Notes: a model not told the origin generated them from the letters alone. Numbered from the whole stretch's first letter, positions 14,978-28,357 are shown. The stretch is 63,762 bases of DNA, filler included, from Octopus bimaculoides (GCF_001194135.2; 5 parts of 5 records of this genome joined end to end with filler, not necessarily neighbours in it); one strand, 5' to 3'. Translations and numbers: made by a program.

Positions 14978-15039
14978 CAAGCCTCGTGACAAAGGGGTCT
15001 TGTCATTTTGTATGTTTGAAAAATAAGAATGAGTCTAGA

Positions 15040-17990
15040 GAGTGAGCCAAGGGAGGCAACAGGTGGGAAGGGGGTCAAATGTCTCCTTAGTATAATTTTT
15101 AAAATGGTCAAATTTGTGTATTGAAGTGTGGTCTATACTTTTGTAAGAAAAGGCTTTTTTTCATTGTTGAGGCGTTCTTGGACTGAGATTTAATCTTTGC
15201 ATTGGCATAATGGAAAGATATGAAAATTCGCGTTTTATTAATTGCGCATCTGTCGACATGTCCGCTAAGTGCGATCTGCCTGTATTGAGGGAACCGAATC
15301 TGTTCTTTATGCAGCGCGACTCTGCGTCTCAAAGTAAGGCTCGTTTGGCCCACATAATTGTGACCACAACCTGAGTAGGTTAGAACATAGATGAGGTTCT
15401 GGGAAGCCCATGTGAAGTTGGTCTTAATTGAGAATTTTTGTCCTTGCTGGAATGTGAATTCCGAGCTTTCAGTTAGGTATGGGCATATACCACAATTAGG
15501 TCGTCTGCATTTTTTTATTGTTGGTATTGTATATATTGAGTATAGTTTTGCATTTGCTAGGAGTCTCTTGAGTGATTTGTCTTGTCTTTTCCATTTTAGT
15601 AGTTTGTGTGTATTTAGGATGCTGTTCATTTTCGGGTCTTGAGTGAACAGATGGAGATTTTGTATAATTGTGTTGTATGCTTCATTGTTTCTGGGGTTGT
15701 GGGTTGATATGTATGGGAGCGATTTAAGGTGAGGTGTGGTGTTTTGTTTTGTTGTCCTTAGTGTGTTTGTGTCCAATTTCTTGGCACGTTTAATTCCATG
15801 TTCTATAAGTGTACGTGTGTATTGACGTTCAATGAGTGTTTTTTTGAGTTCTTGTAGGCGAAGTTCCCGAGTGGTTGTGTCAGATACAATTGTACAGATC
15901 ATTTTTACTAGATTGAATGGGATATCTATTTTGGCGTGTTTAGGATGGCATGAACTGGAAAAGAGATATTGTTTTGAGTCTGTTGGTTTGTAGTAAATAT
16001 CAGTTGCAGTTTGGTTGTTGGACTTCTTTAAAATCAAAATGTCCAGAAATGGGAGCTCTTCCTTGCTATATTCCATTGTAAATTGGATGTTGAGGTTTAT
16101 ATTGTTCAGTGTGGATTTGAAATCCAGGAGTTTATCGTAGGTTTCATTCCAGATGATAAAACAATCGTCTAGGTACCATCTCCAGTTTTCTTTTATATAC
16201 TTGGTGGAATGGGGCTCCAAATCTTTGGAGCGAAAGTTCATATAAGGTATATTTAAAGAAACCCATTATTGGGTTTGCAAGGACAGGCGCAATACCGCAT
16301 TTTTAGCGGTAGTATGTTGTATCAAAGAGGAAGTAATTGTTTTGTAGGATGAACTTCAAGGATTCAATGATAAAAGTCTGGTTTATGCGGTCCGGGAGAA
16401 CTATTGGGTATTTTTCTAAACCAGAATTTTATTGCCTCTATTCTGTAGTCGTGTAGCATGTTAGTGTAGAGGTTGATGACATTGAAGGAGACTAATAGAG
16501 CTTCTTCGTTGGTGATTATCGTGGTTGCTCTAGCATATCCAGATCATCTCTAATGAAACTTTTAATGTATTTGAGGAAAGATTTCAATAGTATGTCCAGA
16601 AAGGTGCTTAGGTGGTGTGTTTCACAGGCTGGGCCAGCAATATTAGGCCTTAATTTTAAGTCTTCTGGTGTTGGAATAATTATGTACAGACTTAGATTTG
16701 ATTTGCAGGCATTAGTAATTATTTGGTTCTTCTGGATTTTTGGGGAGGCCATAGAAAAGGCTTGGTTTGCATTTGAAGTTTGTGATGCAGTCTTTTTCTT
16801 TTTCTGTCAGGCCTTTTCCATGCTTGAGTATTAGAGTTGCAAGATATTTTTATGTCTTTGCTGCCTATAATTTGCAACTTTTTCATAAAAGGTGTCATTT
16901 TCTAGTATACTCAATGCTAGGTTTTTATAGTATTCTGTGTCCATCACTACTACCGCACTACCTTTGTCTGCTTCTTTGATTCTCAGGTCTTTGTCGTTTT
17001 TTAACTGTGGTAAGTGTTCATTGTATGCTGTTGAAGTACCTAAGTACAATTTTTGGTTTATAGATAGCGTTAGGAAAATTTTGGATACGGTTGCAGAGTC
17101 GTCTAGTGTTTTATTGCTTCCTTTGGGTGGTAGATAATTACTTTTGTTTCTCACTAGTGATTTGCCATCGGCGTTGTAGTTGGTTAGTGCTTCTGTCAAT
17201 TGAAGTTTTCTACAGAATTCTCCAATATTATCTTTAATTTCATTGGCGTTGCGTCTATGTGAAGTGGGTGTAAATTTTAAACCTTTTCCAAAAATATGGA
17301 TTTTTGTTGTGGAGAGAGTTTTCTGAGATAAATTGATTATTTTGGGTTTCTCCCGTAAGATATGTTCCAACGCCTGTCCGTGTGTCTCTCTACACTGTCT
17401 AAAAAACGTTGTTGTAGTTAAATTGGAGGGGGTTCTCAGTGTTAAGGTTGCTATTGTAGGAGTATTGTTGTGTAGGGGAATTGGTTGAGATTATGTGGTG
17501 TTGGGTGTTGGAATGAACTGTTGGGGTTTTTGGTCCTGAATGGAATATTGTGAAGTTGGTCTGGATGAGGGAGTTGTAGGTCCGAATGTTGAATTCCTAT
17601 GTTGAAAAGTAGGTAGGATCCCCTGTCTGTTTCTAGCTGTTGGAGGGATAGAATTGAAATAATAATTGTTGTTATTATTGTTATTATTATTCCTAGTCCT
17701 GGGGTGTTTCTTTCTGGTGTTTTCTACTATTGGGTGGTTCTTACTGGTATTTCCTATTAGCGGAGGTTTCCTATTGTAAGGTTGTTGGTGGTTGACTTCC
17801 CAGTAATGAGGTAGTTTTGTGTGTCTCTGTTGGAAGTTTGATCTGGGTGTACAATTATTGGTTTCTGTGGTTGTATTTGTTTTGGATTGTTTTTAAAAGT
17901 GGTTGTCTAAGGTGTAGTCTTCTTTGGATTGAGATTCGTAGTTGACGAAAAAAAAAGGATAATGTTTTCCCATCATTGTAGTGAAATAAT
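15040..17990 (-). mobile_element. Penelope-like retroelement (RT + GIY-YIG, Neptune-like), near full length, pseudogenised
   Basis: ORF 15108-16241 has WYLDDCFIIW, LPFLDIL, YYKPTDSKQYL, a CRRPNCGICP linker and NLIYVLTYSGCGHNYVGQT. Upstream fragments carry KGLKFTPT, IKEADKGSAVVVMD and LRPNIAGP. The first RT Asp reads SFNV (mutated), and the GxAMGT motif is partly deleted. Confidence 0.9.
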
Positions 17991-18020
17991 TTCTTGCGAT
18001 TCATAGTCGTCTTTCTATAG

Positions 18021-18080
<60 letters not shown>

Positions 18081-18759
18081 TTTCTGATATTCTCCGGCTC
18101 TAGCATCTTATTAGAAATATAGTGACAGAAATGTTGTGTCATAATTAATAACTTGCAATATTCCCATTTGTTTACGTTACGCTCAGAAAATTCAAGTCAC
18201 ACCAGGGATGAGTTAATGGAGGAGTCGAAAACGTATTAAATCCCCTCAGAGAAGATTTTATATATGTATCTGACCTATATTTCCCATTTACGTGTTATTT
18301 CTGCGCTGAATAATTATGCTTCTGCTTGAAATATATCATTCCTTTATAGAATACTTTTAATGAGGAAATTAAAGTTATTTTAACCAGGGCATGTGTCGTA
18401 TTCTCATAATTAAATGCTCCTACTAGTTCATCTTGGTCAATAAGCCAGCATAGTCGAAGCATTCAGATGGTTATGTATTCACCCTAAAAGTGTGATCATT
18501 TGGGTATTTTAACCAAAAGCAAGGTCAAATTCAGTATTGAGTGATATTTAGACGGAATGGTATAACAAGTCTTAGATGATATACATAATCCATCGCCCTT
18601 GAGTGCCTTTAGAGTAATTTATTCTATTACATTTCTTCAAGCAAGGCCGCCTGACACCGGCTTACGGAGATACACACACAGACACATACATATGTACATA
18701 TATATGGGTGTGTGTGTGAGTGTGTATGCGTGTATATGCATAGATATATATGCATATAT

Positions 18760-18809
<50 letters not shown>

Positions 18810-18834
18810 ATATTATTTATTTATCTCTTTGTCA

Positions 18835-18934
<100 letters not shown>

Positions 18935-18989
18935 TATTCTTTAGTAATACGTGTTTTGTTACAGATACCATTGTAAGATATGTTTTCAT

Positions 18990-21350
18990 CCACTCCTAGA
19001 TACACGTAACAATACTCATGAGGGAAGCAAATAAGTCATTGGTGGAGACGTTGCTAGTTTGGTTTACAGATTTCCCTCTTTTCATAACCACAAAGCAACA
19101 TTGATCCTGACCGAACACCACCCGTATATCCTTTAAGAATGGTGTAACCAGGTCAAGGCTCTTTTTTCATCTCATGCATATTCCTTGTATGACAGTTTCA
19201 AGTCATCCACAATGTTATTAACATGAATGACAAGGGATTTACAGAAAGTTTAAACTACGTCTTAGAGGCTGTCCCTTTGGAATATACCTCTGCGATTATG
19301 TATTTTATCGGTGATAATACAATCACTTCTTGTATTTAACTTCAAGATGTGGCCCACGATGAAGTCAGATCAACTATAGCTTTGACTATGCTCACTAGAA
19401 CTTTAGCAAGTCGAATTGCATTTAGCATCCATGAGCAGGGGACAGAGTCAAAGGCTTTCTTGTTATCCAGACACATTGAAGTGAGGTTCCCCCTATGCTC
19501 CCGCACCTCTGACATTACAGTTCTGTTTATTAACAATTACTCGACACATCCCAACACTCCCTTCTTCCCAACTGCTTGTTTTGCTGTGATGATATTATTA
19601 CTTTCGGCAGTGGTCTTCGAGGAAGAGGCTTAAACATGCTGTATATATTTTATACGTTAAGTGGTGACATTCAATTGGCCGGTAGAGTTTTACCATGTAG
19701 ATGACTCTGCATTTGATGATTAGTTTTGTTTCTATCAGAGCTAACCAGTATGGTATGCCACTGTTTCCATCGAGAACTTGCTGGTACATGCTGATATGAT
19801 ATAATCGGTAGAAGGTTAGCTTCTTGTACCAGTATCCAACAATCAAGTCTCATCCAGGTGCTTTTCTAGATCACAGTTGCAAGGATCTCACAGTCAATGT
19901 TGTATGTCTTAGATGTAATGCCGAGACGATAACTTCTTCGAATTTCTTCCAGCTACAGAGCATCTTCTCTTTGCTCCAGATTTTCCTCCAGAAGGAGTCT
20001 ATGTCTTCTCCTGAAGAAGCTTCTGTGATGTTCACTGATTTTCCTCTCAGGTCTGTGAATCTACAACCTGGTTCCGGTTGAATCTTTTGTTTATTGTTCT
20101 TCTCTTGGTTACTCTCTTCCGATGTCGGAGTTTCTCAATGACGGCTTTTAACTGCTGCTTGAGGGAGATCAGTTTTCAAGTGGGTGTCCTCTTCTTACTA
20201 TCTCCAAACATCAATTCTATCTCCATCTTCACTTTTTGTCGGTGAGACGTTTAGGGATTTCCTTATTTGAACACAATAAGCATCATCGCGTGGCTGATAG
20301 TCTTCCGTAAATCACTTATCTTTTTCTCTGTCTTCAAAACCAGTGATGGCACTTTCTTAGTTGTTTCGGTTTTGCTCACATTTGAATGTCGTTCACGAAC
20401 TGCATTGCAGTACCAGACAGGGCATCTAGGCAAGCGCTAATCTCCCAGAATGTGGGTTCATTACAGTTGTAAATATTCCTCTCCAATTTCGTTAACAGCT
20501 TTTGATACCGAATCTGTTGAATTTTTTACTTACTTTGCTAGAAAATACTCCCTCCTTTAAAGTGTACTCCAAAGCCAAACTTATTTTTTCTCGAAAAATT
20601 TCAGTAAGTGCATATTTCACCTATATATAATCCTTGCTACTACTACTACTACTACAATAATCGTAGTAGGGAGACAGTGGTTAGTTACTTTAGCTAGTAA
20701 TGTAGTTTGGCTGGCTGGGAGTTTAGAACTTGTTGGAATGCCGTTAACTTCGAAATCACGTGGTGTTCTCACATCGTTCACGGTTTCGTTTCTGTTTATA
20801 ATGTTGGGGAGAAAGTTAATTTCAGATCTTTTTACATTCACTAAATTTCTTCTTATGTTCCACAAATGTTGGTTGTCGGCGTGATTGTTTCGCAATAAAA
20901 TGATTTAGTCTTGGTGCAGATCGTCCCAATATGATTTCAATATCGATTTATATATCCAATAGCGGGATTTTGTTGCACTCTTTTATAACAGTTAAAAAAT
21001 CAGTATTCAATTAATGACTCGAAGAAATATGAGTTTTGTAGTTACGGTGTCTTCTGCAACTACAGCTAGAAAGAATCTGTTTAACTGTTGAGCTGTTGTT
21101 TTCATCCTGTTCTGCGGTTGTATTGCTGATGTAGTGTCCAGCCACGTTGTTTCTGGTAACTCTCTGCATGGTAAATTCAAGTTTCAGTTGAAAACCACTA
21201 CGATCTTGTATAAAAGACTCCTTCCGTTAATTCATCTAATGATTAACCAGTTATTTAACAAGGCTGATAGTTGTAGCTTCAAAGCTGGAGATAGTATTTA
21301 TCGTATTTCGATAAACAGTCTCCCGCGCCAAACACGTGACTTGTCGCTTC
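18990..21350 (-). mobile_element. R4/Dong-like non-LTR retrotransposon, 5' region and RT, degenerate
   Basis: Contains an N-terminal GYINRYLKSYWDDLH...ADNQ segment, LTYKIYTACL, CLDNKKAFDSVPCSW, RRGIFQRDSL and VDDLKL...FLKDIRVVFGQDQC. No APE domain was seen upstream. Confidence 0.85.
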
Positions 21351-21736
21351 GAGTTGTGGTATGTATTTTTGTATGTATGTATGGATGTATGTATGTATGT
21401 GTAAATTTATTATCTATGTATGTGTGTGTGTGTGTGTGTGTACGATCGCGACATTCTAGTGCGAGAACACATGATACATCGTTTTTTAGTTTTGTTTTGT
21501 TTTTCTTTGTTTTTGTTTTTTTTTTTCCTTTCTACCATTCCACCGTATTCACATACTTAGTGCTTAGTATAACGAAATTAACACACTTGGATCAATTCAA
21601 AGCATGATCTGACGCTTTTGATTCTAACCTAAGTGCGTGATCTTTATTGCTCGGAGATTTTTTTTAAAGTATTATTGCCTTTGATAATATTATTTGTAAG
21701 CGCATTTTAGACTTCTATAAGCTATACGCACACACA

Positions 21737-21855
<119 letters not shown>

Positions 21856-22050
21856 ACATTTGTATAATCCTATGAAAGTAAAAATATTCAGAGGAACTAT
21901 ATCGCTTTCAATCCTAACCAGATTAAAATATGTTGTCAATCTTATATCTTCAGCAGCTTTTATTATCATGGTCACAATTCTTATAAGCATCAGTTTTCGT
22001 ATATACTCTTCTCATTTTTATTATTAGTATTGTTGTTGTTGTTGTCGTCA

Positions 22051-22155
22051 TTCTTCTTCTTCTTCTTCTTCTTCTTCTTCTTCTTCTTCTTCTTCTTCTT
22101 CTTCTTCTTCTTCTTCTTCTTCTTCTTCTTCTTCTTCTTCTTCTTCTTCTTCTTC
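22051..22155. repeat. (TTC)n microsatellite, about 35 units
   Basis: Read directly; it accounts for the poly-F ORF. Confidence 0.95.
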
Positions 22156-23349
22156 ACCATTATTTTTTTCCTCGCCTACTTAATATTCGTAATCTCCTTC
22201 ATTTCTTCCACACCCTTTATCCTTTATGCTTTTTTCACCGACTACTGAGTTCGTTTTCTCCATTTAAATCTAACCCTGATATATTTATGAAGTAATATGA
22301 TTCTTCACGACATCAGCTAACATGTGTAAGATCTTAAAATAAAAGTTGCCATAGAAATCCTGATAAGATTTCCACCGAAAATGTACTGCTAAGTAAAACG
22401 TTGATATCAAGATATATTGAATTAGTATATCACATCATTCGTTCATGCTAACAGAAAGGTAGAATAATTTTATTTTCAGAATCAGAGATCGAGTTCTTTA
22501 GAATTTAATTTCTTGAAGAACTCGATTTCTCGAGAACTTCCGAGAATAAATGCTGAATTCAGTTCTTCTTCAAATAAGAATTCAATTTCACCGTGTCAAT
22601 ATTTTGTTAGAATTCTCGCAAAGAGATATTCGTCATGTTAAGTCGTCAATTTAACACTGTGAAATATCAGCGGATTAGATTAAACATTAAACTGAATGGA
22701 CATTGTATTTTCAATATAATCATGAGATAGTTCCTCCCAAATGCCTAGTTTTAATGAAATACTTTTTGTAATATACTCGCCTAAATGGATTATTTTTCAA
22801 CCGAATACAGGAACAAATTATAAAGCCTTGATGGCATATTATTTCGTATTCAGTTAAAAGTTTTGAACTTGGTGTATATATTTTATGAATCTGAACGGAC
22901 TGTTGATTTTAGATTAATTAACTAATGAACAATTTAATTGTTTGTCCTCCTCAATAGATTGTGATTAAACCTCTACTGACGCAAATTTCACGCACTATCA
23001 GTTTTGAGTAAATATTGTGTTCTCAGCATTGTAGAAGTAGACATATACTAATACAGTTGTAATACTCTTTATCTCTCTCTATCTCTCTTTCCCTCTCTCT
23101 CTTCATCTCTCTTTCTTTCTTTCTTTCTTTCTCTCTTTCTCTCTCTTTCTTCCCCCTCTCTCTCTATGTATGTATGTAATGTGTGTGTGTGTGTGTGCGT
23201 GTGTGTGTTTGTGTGTGTGTGTGTGTGCGCGCGCGCGCGTACGTGTATCTGTCATTATTATTTAAAACTGTTTGATTCGGGCCCAGGCAGCTACCTGAGC
23301 TACACGAGCTAGGTCTCTATAAGCCTGATAAACTTTAAGTTGCATTCCG

Positions 23350-23500
23350 TTGAATATATACTTAGCGATATTCTGTCCGTCTTTACGTTCTGAATTCAAA
23401 TTCCATCGAGGTCGACTTTGACTTTCATTATTTCGGGGTATATAAAATAAGTATCAATTGAACACTAGGGTCGATATAATCGACTTACATGGATGTTTGT
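23350..23500 (+). mobile_element. SINE family B, partial
   Basis: cttagcgatattctgtccgtctttacgttctgaattcaaattccatcgaggtcgactttg...gggtcgatataatcgact. Confidence 0.75.
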
Positions 23501-23646
23501 TCCTTTCCTCTATTATCTAAATACAGAGACACGAAAACTAGTATTTCTTTAGAAATTTTCATACATTTTATATCTTTTAACCTACATAAAAAAGTAAAGA
23601 TACTTCCATCTTGTGGCTGATTTCTCTGTCATTATTTAAATGGTTG

Positions 23647-23860
23647 TAAAGCGGCGAGCTGGCAGAATATTTAGCACGCCAAGCGAAAAGCTTAGCGGTA
23701 TTTTGTCTGTCTTTACGTTCTGAGTTCAAGTTTCGCCGAGGTCGACGTTGCCTTTCATCCTTTCGGGGTCGAAGAATTAAGTACCAGTTGTGTACTGGAT
23801 CGATCTAATCGAAAAGCCCCCTCCCCAAAAATTTCTGGCCTTGAGCCTAGAGTATTAACA
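23647..23860 (+). mobile_element. SINE family B, near complete, CpGs retained
   Basis: A Pol III A-box-like head (gcggcgagctggcagaa) and B-box-like gagttcaagtttc are followed by the central gcctttcatcctttcggggtcgaagaattaagtaccag. Confidence 0.85.
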
Positions 23861-23892
23861 ATTAATTAAATGGTTGTCTGCCTGTCTGTATG

Positions 23893-23969
<77 letters not shown>

Positions 23970-24319
23970 ACACTAATACATACATACACATAGCTGGTAA
24001 ATATCTCTGAAAAGAGTGGTCAATATTTCACAAAAAGAGAGAAACCCAGAGTGATAGGTGAGTGCACATTTATGATATTTACTGTGATATATATCGATAA
24101 AATGGTGTTAATTCGAGCTTATACGTTTATTGTAACACAAGTCATTAATATTTATATTTACTTAATATCTTTAGTTCATCAACTTTCGTATCAATGAAAG
24201 ATAAGTATTCCTTGTGTTGAATCTGTTCCTTCAAGTGAATTTGTTCATATTAAATCTTGGCTAATTTGCAATTTTTCTTATCACTGTTGACATACTGACA
24301 ACAATCTGTTCTACTATTA

Positions 24320-24480
24320 GCACGATGCCAACTATTTTTGAGGGTGCTCATCGATTTCTAAACTGGTACTTATTTTATCGATCCCAAAAGGGTGTTCAAC
24401 TCAGAACGTGAAGACGGTTGAAACCCTGCTAAGTATTATTCCTGGCGTGCTAGCGATTCTGCCTGCTCGTCACCTTAACT
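24320..24480 (-). mobile_element. SINE family B, internally deleted
   Basis: Reverse complement of family B motifs: ctggtacttattttatcgatccc, aactcagaacgt, ggcgtgcta. Confidence 0.7.
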
Positions 24481-24639
24481 GGTAACAATAATAATAATAA
24501 TAATAAAAAGACATAATAGAGCGTGGTTAACTATTATTAGCAAATATCAGCAACAGCAAAAGTCGCAGCAGCAACAACAATTCCAGCAACTCGAAGTGCA
24601 CTGCAGTTTCTTTCTCGTCGTCTCTGAAGTTTTTGATTG

Positions 24640-25130
24640 GTGCAAAATCACTGACAGAAATGGGCTTTTTGCTGCTTGATTTGCTCCCATATTTGATGAC
24701 AATGTCCCAACAGAGATGAAGACAAATATTGCTCAAGTTATGCTGGAAGCAAAGACGTGGGGAAGAAAAGAATCAACTGAAGTGGTACATTCTGCACCAA
24801 TATTAATTTTCTTCCTTTATAAATATCTAGTTTTCGTCTTTTGTAACCCTTGGTAAAAAAACATTCTTCACGAGATTTTCAATCAGCACCGATTTCCTCG
24901 ACAAAGACCCTTCAACATGGAAGGATGATCCTGGTTACAAAAGTGGACTTTAAAAAAAATGTAGAAGACAGTTGTGAATTATGTTGCAAAAAGAGATGTC
25001 AAACGCATTCAAGATTACAATAACATTCTCACAAAAGATGAAAGTGAGAAACAATTTGTTTTACAGCTCGTTACCGAAAGCCATAAAACATACCCAAGCG
25101 CCACGAAATCCTCTGTTGTGCAAAAGCAGT
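24640..25130 (+). mobile_element. C-terminal remnant of a hAT-related (hATm-like) transposase
   Basis: FLDKDPSTWKDDPGY...VVNYVAKRDVKRIQDYNNILTKDESEKQFVLQLVTESHKTYP matches the VVNDxAERGVKLIQDYN..LTKDE..KQ signature. Confidence 0.65.
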
Positions 25131-25248
25131 GTTCAATATTCAGTGTTCACATTATGTCTTTCATTTTATAGAAATTATGTAGTAAATAAAAATGCGCTTC
25201 TCTTATAGAAGTTGTGTGCTTTAAGAAAACCTAATATTTCTTAAGCTT

Positions 25249-25348
25249 NNNNNNNNNNNNNNNNNNNNNNNNNNNNNNNNNNNNNNNNNNNNTTAATTAA
25301 TTAANNNNNNNNNNNNNNNNNNNNNNNNNNNNNNNNNNNNNNNNNNNN
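25249..25348. other. Artificial scaffold join (44 N + TTAATTAATTAA + 44 N)
   Basis: Exactly 100 bp; a palindromic linker with stops in all six frames; identical at four sites. Confidence 0.97.
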
Positions 25349-25383
<35 letters not shown>

Positions 25384-26839
25384 TATATATATACATTTCT
25401 GCGTTCGGAAAAAAATATCATCGCATTTGTATCGTACAATACACCTTTCGACGCTTCTAAGAAAGAACAAATAATTGTTTGTTTTATATTTATACACACA
25501 CATATCCCTCTCTCTCTGTCTACCCCTTTCTACATTAGTCTCATGTAAATACAATATTTATAAGAAGTGATTCGCTATGTGCATGCAACTTAGGTAAACT
25601 CTGCATGCATTTCCTTTCTGCAGGACATACCAAACACACACACGTATGCTCACACGCAATCAGACACACTCGCACGCGCACACACTCACACATACACACG
25701 CATGCACAGACGCAAGCAGACATATATATTTATAAATGAATGTACTTATAAATATGTATGCGTGTGTGTATTTGATGTACGTATATATATATATATTTTA
25801 TTATCTGTATTTATTTTCTCTAAGTTAATAATTAACTCGGACAAAATAAATTTATTAATAGATACCAGGGTAGCAAAGATCACAAAATGACTGTGATGTA
25901 ACTCCTGTTTATGAGGTAGAAACTCCTTGTTATTTTGGGTACTTGAGTATATATAAATTTAGTAAATAGAGTAAAACGCATATGTTAAATGAATTCTTTT
26001 ATTTCCAATTCATTTAACATATGCGTTTTACTCCATTTACTAAATTTATATATATATATATATATATAGCCCACAAACGAACTGCAAAACCAGAAATGTG
26101 GTCTATAGTATAAGATGTACAGAGGGACGATGCAGAAATAAGACAATGACATATGNNNNNNNNNNNNNNNNNNNNNNNNNNNNNNNNNNNNNNNNNNNNN
26201 NNNNNNNNNNNNNNNNNNNNNNNNNNNNNNNNNNNNNNNNNNNNNNNNNNNNNNNNNNNNNNNNNNNNNNNNNNNNNNNNNNNNNNNNNNNNNNNNNNNN
26301 NNNNNNNNNNNNNNNNNNNNNNNNNNNNNNNNNNNNNNNNNNNNNNNNNNNNNNNNNNNNNNNNNNNNNNNNNNNNNNNNNNNNNNNNNNNNNNNNNNNN
26401 NNNNNNNNNNNNNNNNNNNNNNNNNNNNNNNNNNNNNNNNNNNNNNNNNNNNNNNNNNNNNNNNNNNNNNNNNNNNNNNNNNNNNNNNNNNNNNNNNNNN
26501 NNNNNNNNNNNNNNNNNNNNNNNNNNNNNNNNNNNNNNNNNNNNNNNNNNNNNNNNNNNNNNNNNNNNNNNNNNNNNNNNNNNNNNNNNNNNNNNNNNNN
26601 NNNNNNNNNNNNNNNNNNNNNNNNNNNNNNNNNNNNNNNNNNNNNNNNNNNNNNNNNNNNNNNNNNNNNNNNNNNNNNNNNNNNNNNNNNNNNNNNNNNN
26701 NNNNNNNNNNNNNNNNNNNNNNNNNNNNNCACAGACACATTGAAGGACACGCATGCGTAGACACATACAATAGGAATACAAAATACAAAATGACTGATAG
26801 TTAGCAAGGTGAGACACAAATAAGAAAGAAGGAAACAAA

Positions 26840-26884
26840 GGACCACTGATGAGGTCACAGAAGTGTGACGAAAGAACTCTGGCC
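26840..26884 (+). ncRNA. Minimal type I hammerhead ribozyme motif with an intact catalytic core
   Basis: CCA-CUGAUGA-G-GUCAC agaagu GUGAC-GAAA-GAAC-UC-UGG. It has a 5-bp stem II, CCA/UGG stem I and a CUC cleavage triplet (cut after 26879). Confidence 0.65.
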
Positions 26885-26990
26885 GAAATAAGATTAAGAT
26901 TAATGTAATATAAAGCTGAAGCAAATTAACACCAAATATACAGTGCGTGTGTTTTTATTGGCTAAACTGGCAATATGACCATCCCCAAGT

Positions 26991-27029
<39 letters not shown>

Positions 27030-27770
27030 TACACGCACACACAACAAAGTCTTAATAAAATGATATGTCTAGGATACTGTGGTGCATTTGCAACACACAC
27101 AAGCCAAGGTCCTTAAAATGAGAGTGTTGATTTACGAAAAACATCTTCGCTTTGAGAGATGGTAATGAAACACCTAGCGGCATTCGCATTAACAGGAAAC
27201 TGATTGCTAAACGTCTTCTGATTATTTCTTCTTTGCATTGAGATCGGTTGCAAGTGTTGCTAGGTGTTTGTGTACTTTCTAACGAAGAGAAGATGCTTCA
27301 ATAAATAGAGAATTCATCGTATATGTTATTTACTACACCTTTCTTCGTCTTTGCCGTCCTAATTCCTATCACTGTCCTTTTCGGGTTATTTCTTTTAGCT
27401 CATTTTTTAGTTTTATAGATATACTTAAAGCAAGTAGTGAACTGTCAGAAAGCTGGTTCAATGAAGATACTATAATTTCCTGATGACACATAGAGTACCC
27501 TTAAAAGAAGGCATAAGGTTCAGAAATTCCTAAGTCCCTCTCACATAAGTGTCAGGCTTTCTGCCTTGCAGGACATACGAATCTATATTATATTTTTCAA
27601 GATACTAAACTAATTTTATAATTTGTGTAAGCTAAATAACATTTTTTTCGAATATTTAATACATTTTTTGACGGGGTACAAATGCATAGATTTCCTGTTA
27701 AGGAGTATTAAAAATCAAATTTCAACTATTTCTAACTCTGTAAAGATAAAGGTACATATATATATATGTA

Positions 27771-27940
27771 TACGACGGGCTTCTTTCCGTTTCTGTCTAC
27801 CAAATCCACTCACAAAGCTTTGGTCGGCTCGAGTTTATAATAGAAGACACTTGCCCAAGGTGCCACGCATTGGGACTGAACCCGGAACCATGTGGTTAGG
27901 AAGGGAGCTTCTTACACCACACAGACACTCCTGCGCCTAT
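27771..27940 (-). mobile_element. SINE family A, tRNA-like 5' half
   Basis: Minus strand ggcgcaggagtgtctgtgtggtg (A box) ... ggttccgggttcagtccc (B box) ... ccttgggcaagtgtcttc. Confidence 0.85.
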
Positions 27941-27972
27941 GTATATGTATATATATATATACATATACATAC

Positions 27973-28005
<33 letters not shown>

Positions 28006-28033
28006 AACATAATTAAGGGATCAGCAACAGTTG

Positions 28034-28074
<41 letters not shown>

Positions 28075-28281
28075 CAGTTTGGGCCAAAATTCATTCACAA
28101 AATAAGTTCAATGCACTCCAGAATTGTCAAAGACATGCTTCAATTATTCTAAAGTTGAATTAAATAAAAAAAAATAATGATGAATATACGCATACTTGTA
28201 CATGATAAACAAAATGTATAATAATAGCGTAATATAAATAACACGTCAAATATTTTGGTGCGTGAATTTTGTCCCACCCTG
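28075..28281. mobile_element. Tc1/mariner-type MITE
   Basis: Imperfect ~30-bp TIRs (CAGTTTGGGCCAAAATTCATTCACAAAATA vs CAGGGTGGGACAAAATTCACGCACCAAAATA), with TA on both sides. Confidence 0.75.
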
Positions 28282-28357
28282 TATATATATTTATTGCACA
28301 CACACATGAAATGTTGATGGAACATATCCATCAAAACCGTTTGTAAGTTCATGCATA

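Noticed and set aside
24040-24065. Strong plus-strand donor AG|GTGAGT near 24058
   Set aside because: No convincing acceptor or open frame upstream; a lone 6-mer is expected by chance.
25293-25304. TTAATTAATTAA palindrome recurring four times
   Set aside because: Always centred in exactly 44+44 N, so it is an assembly linker and not a biological motif.
27478-27530. Further hammerhead-like strings (cctgatgacac... here; also near 12630, 18205 and 37895)
   Set aside because: The core, stem II or GAAA is missing in each, so they are too degenerate to call.
27771-27940. tRNA gene
   Set aside because: It has A/B-box-like motifs but no full cloverleaf, and it continues into the SINE body found in several copies.
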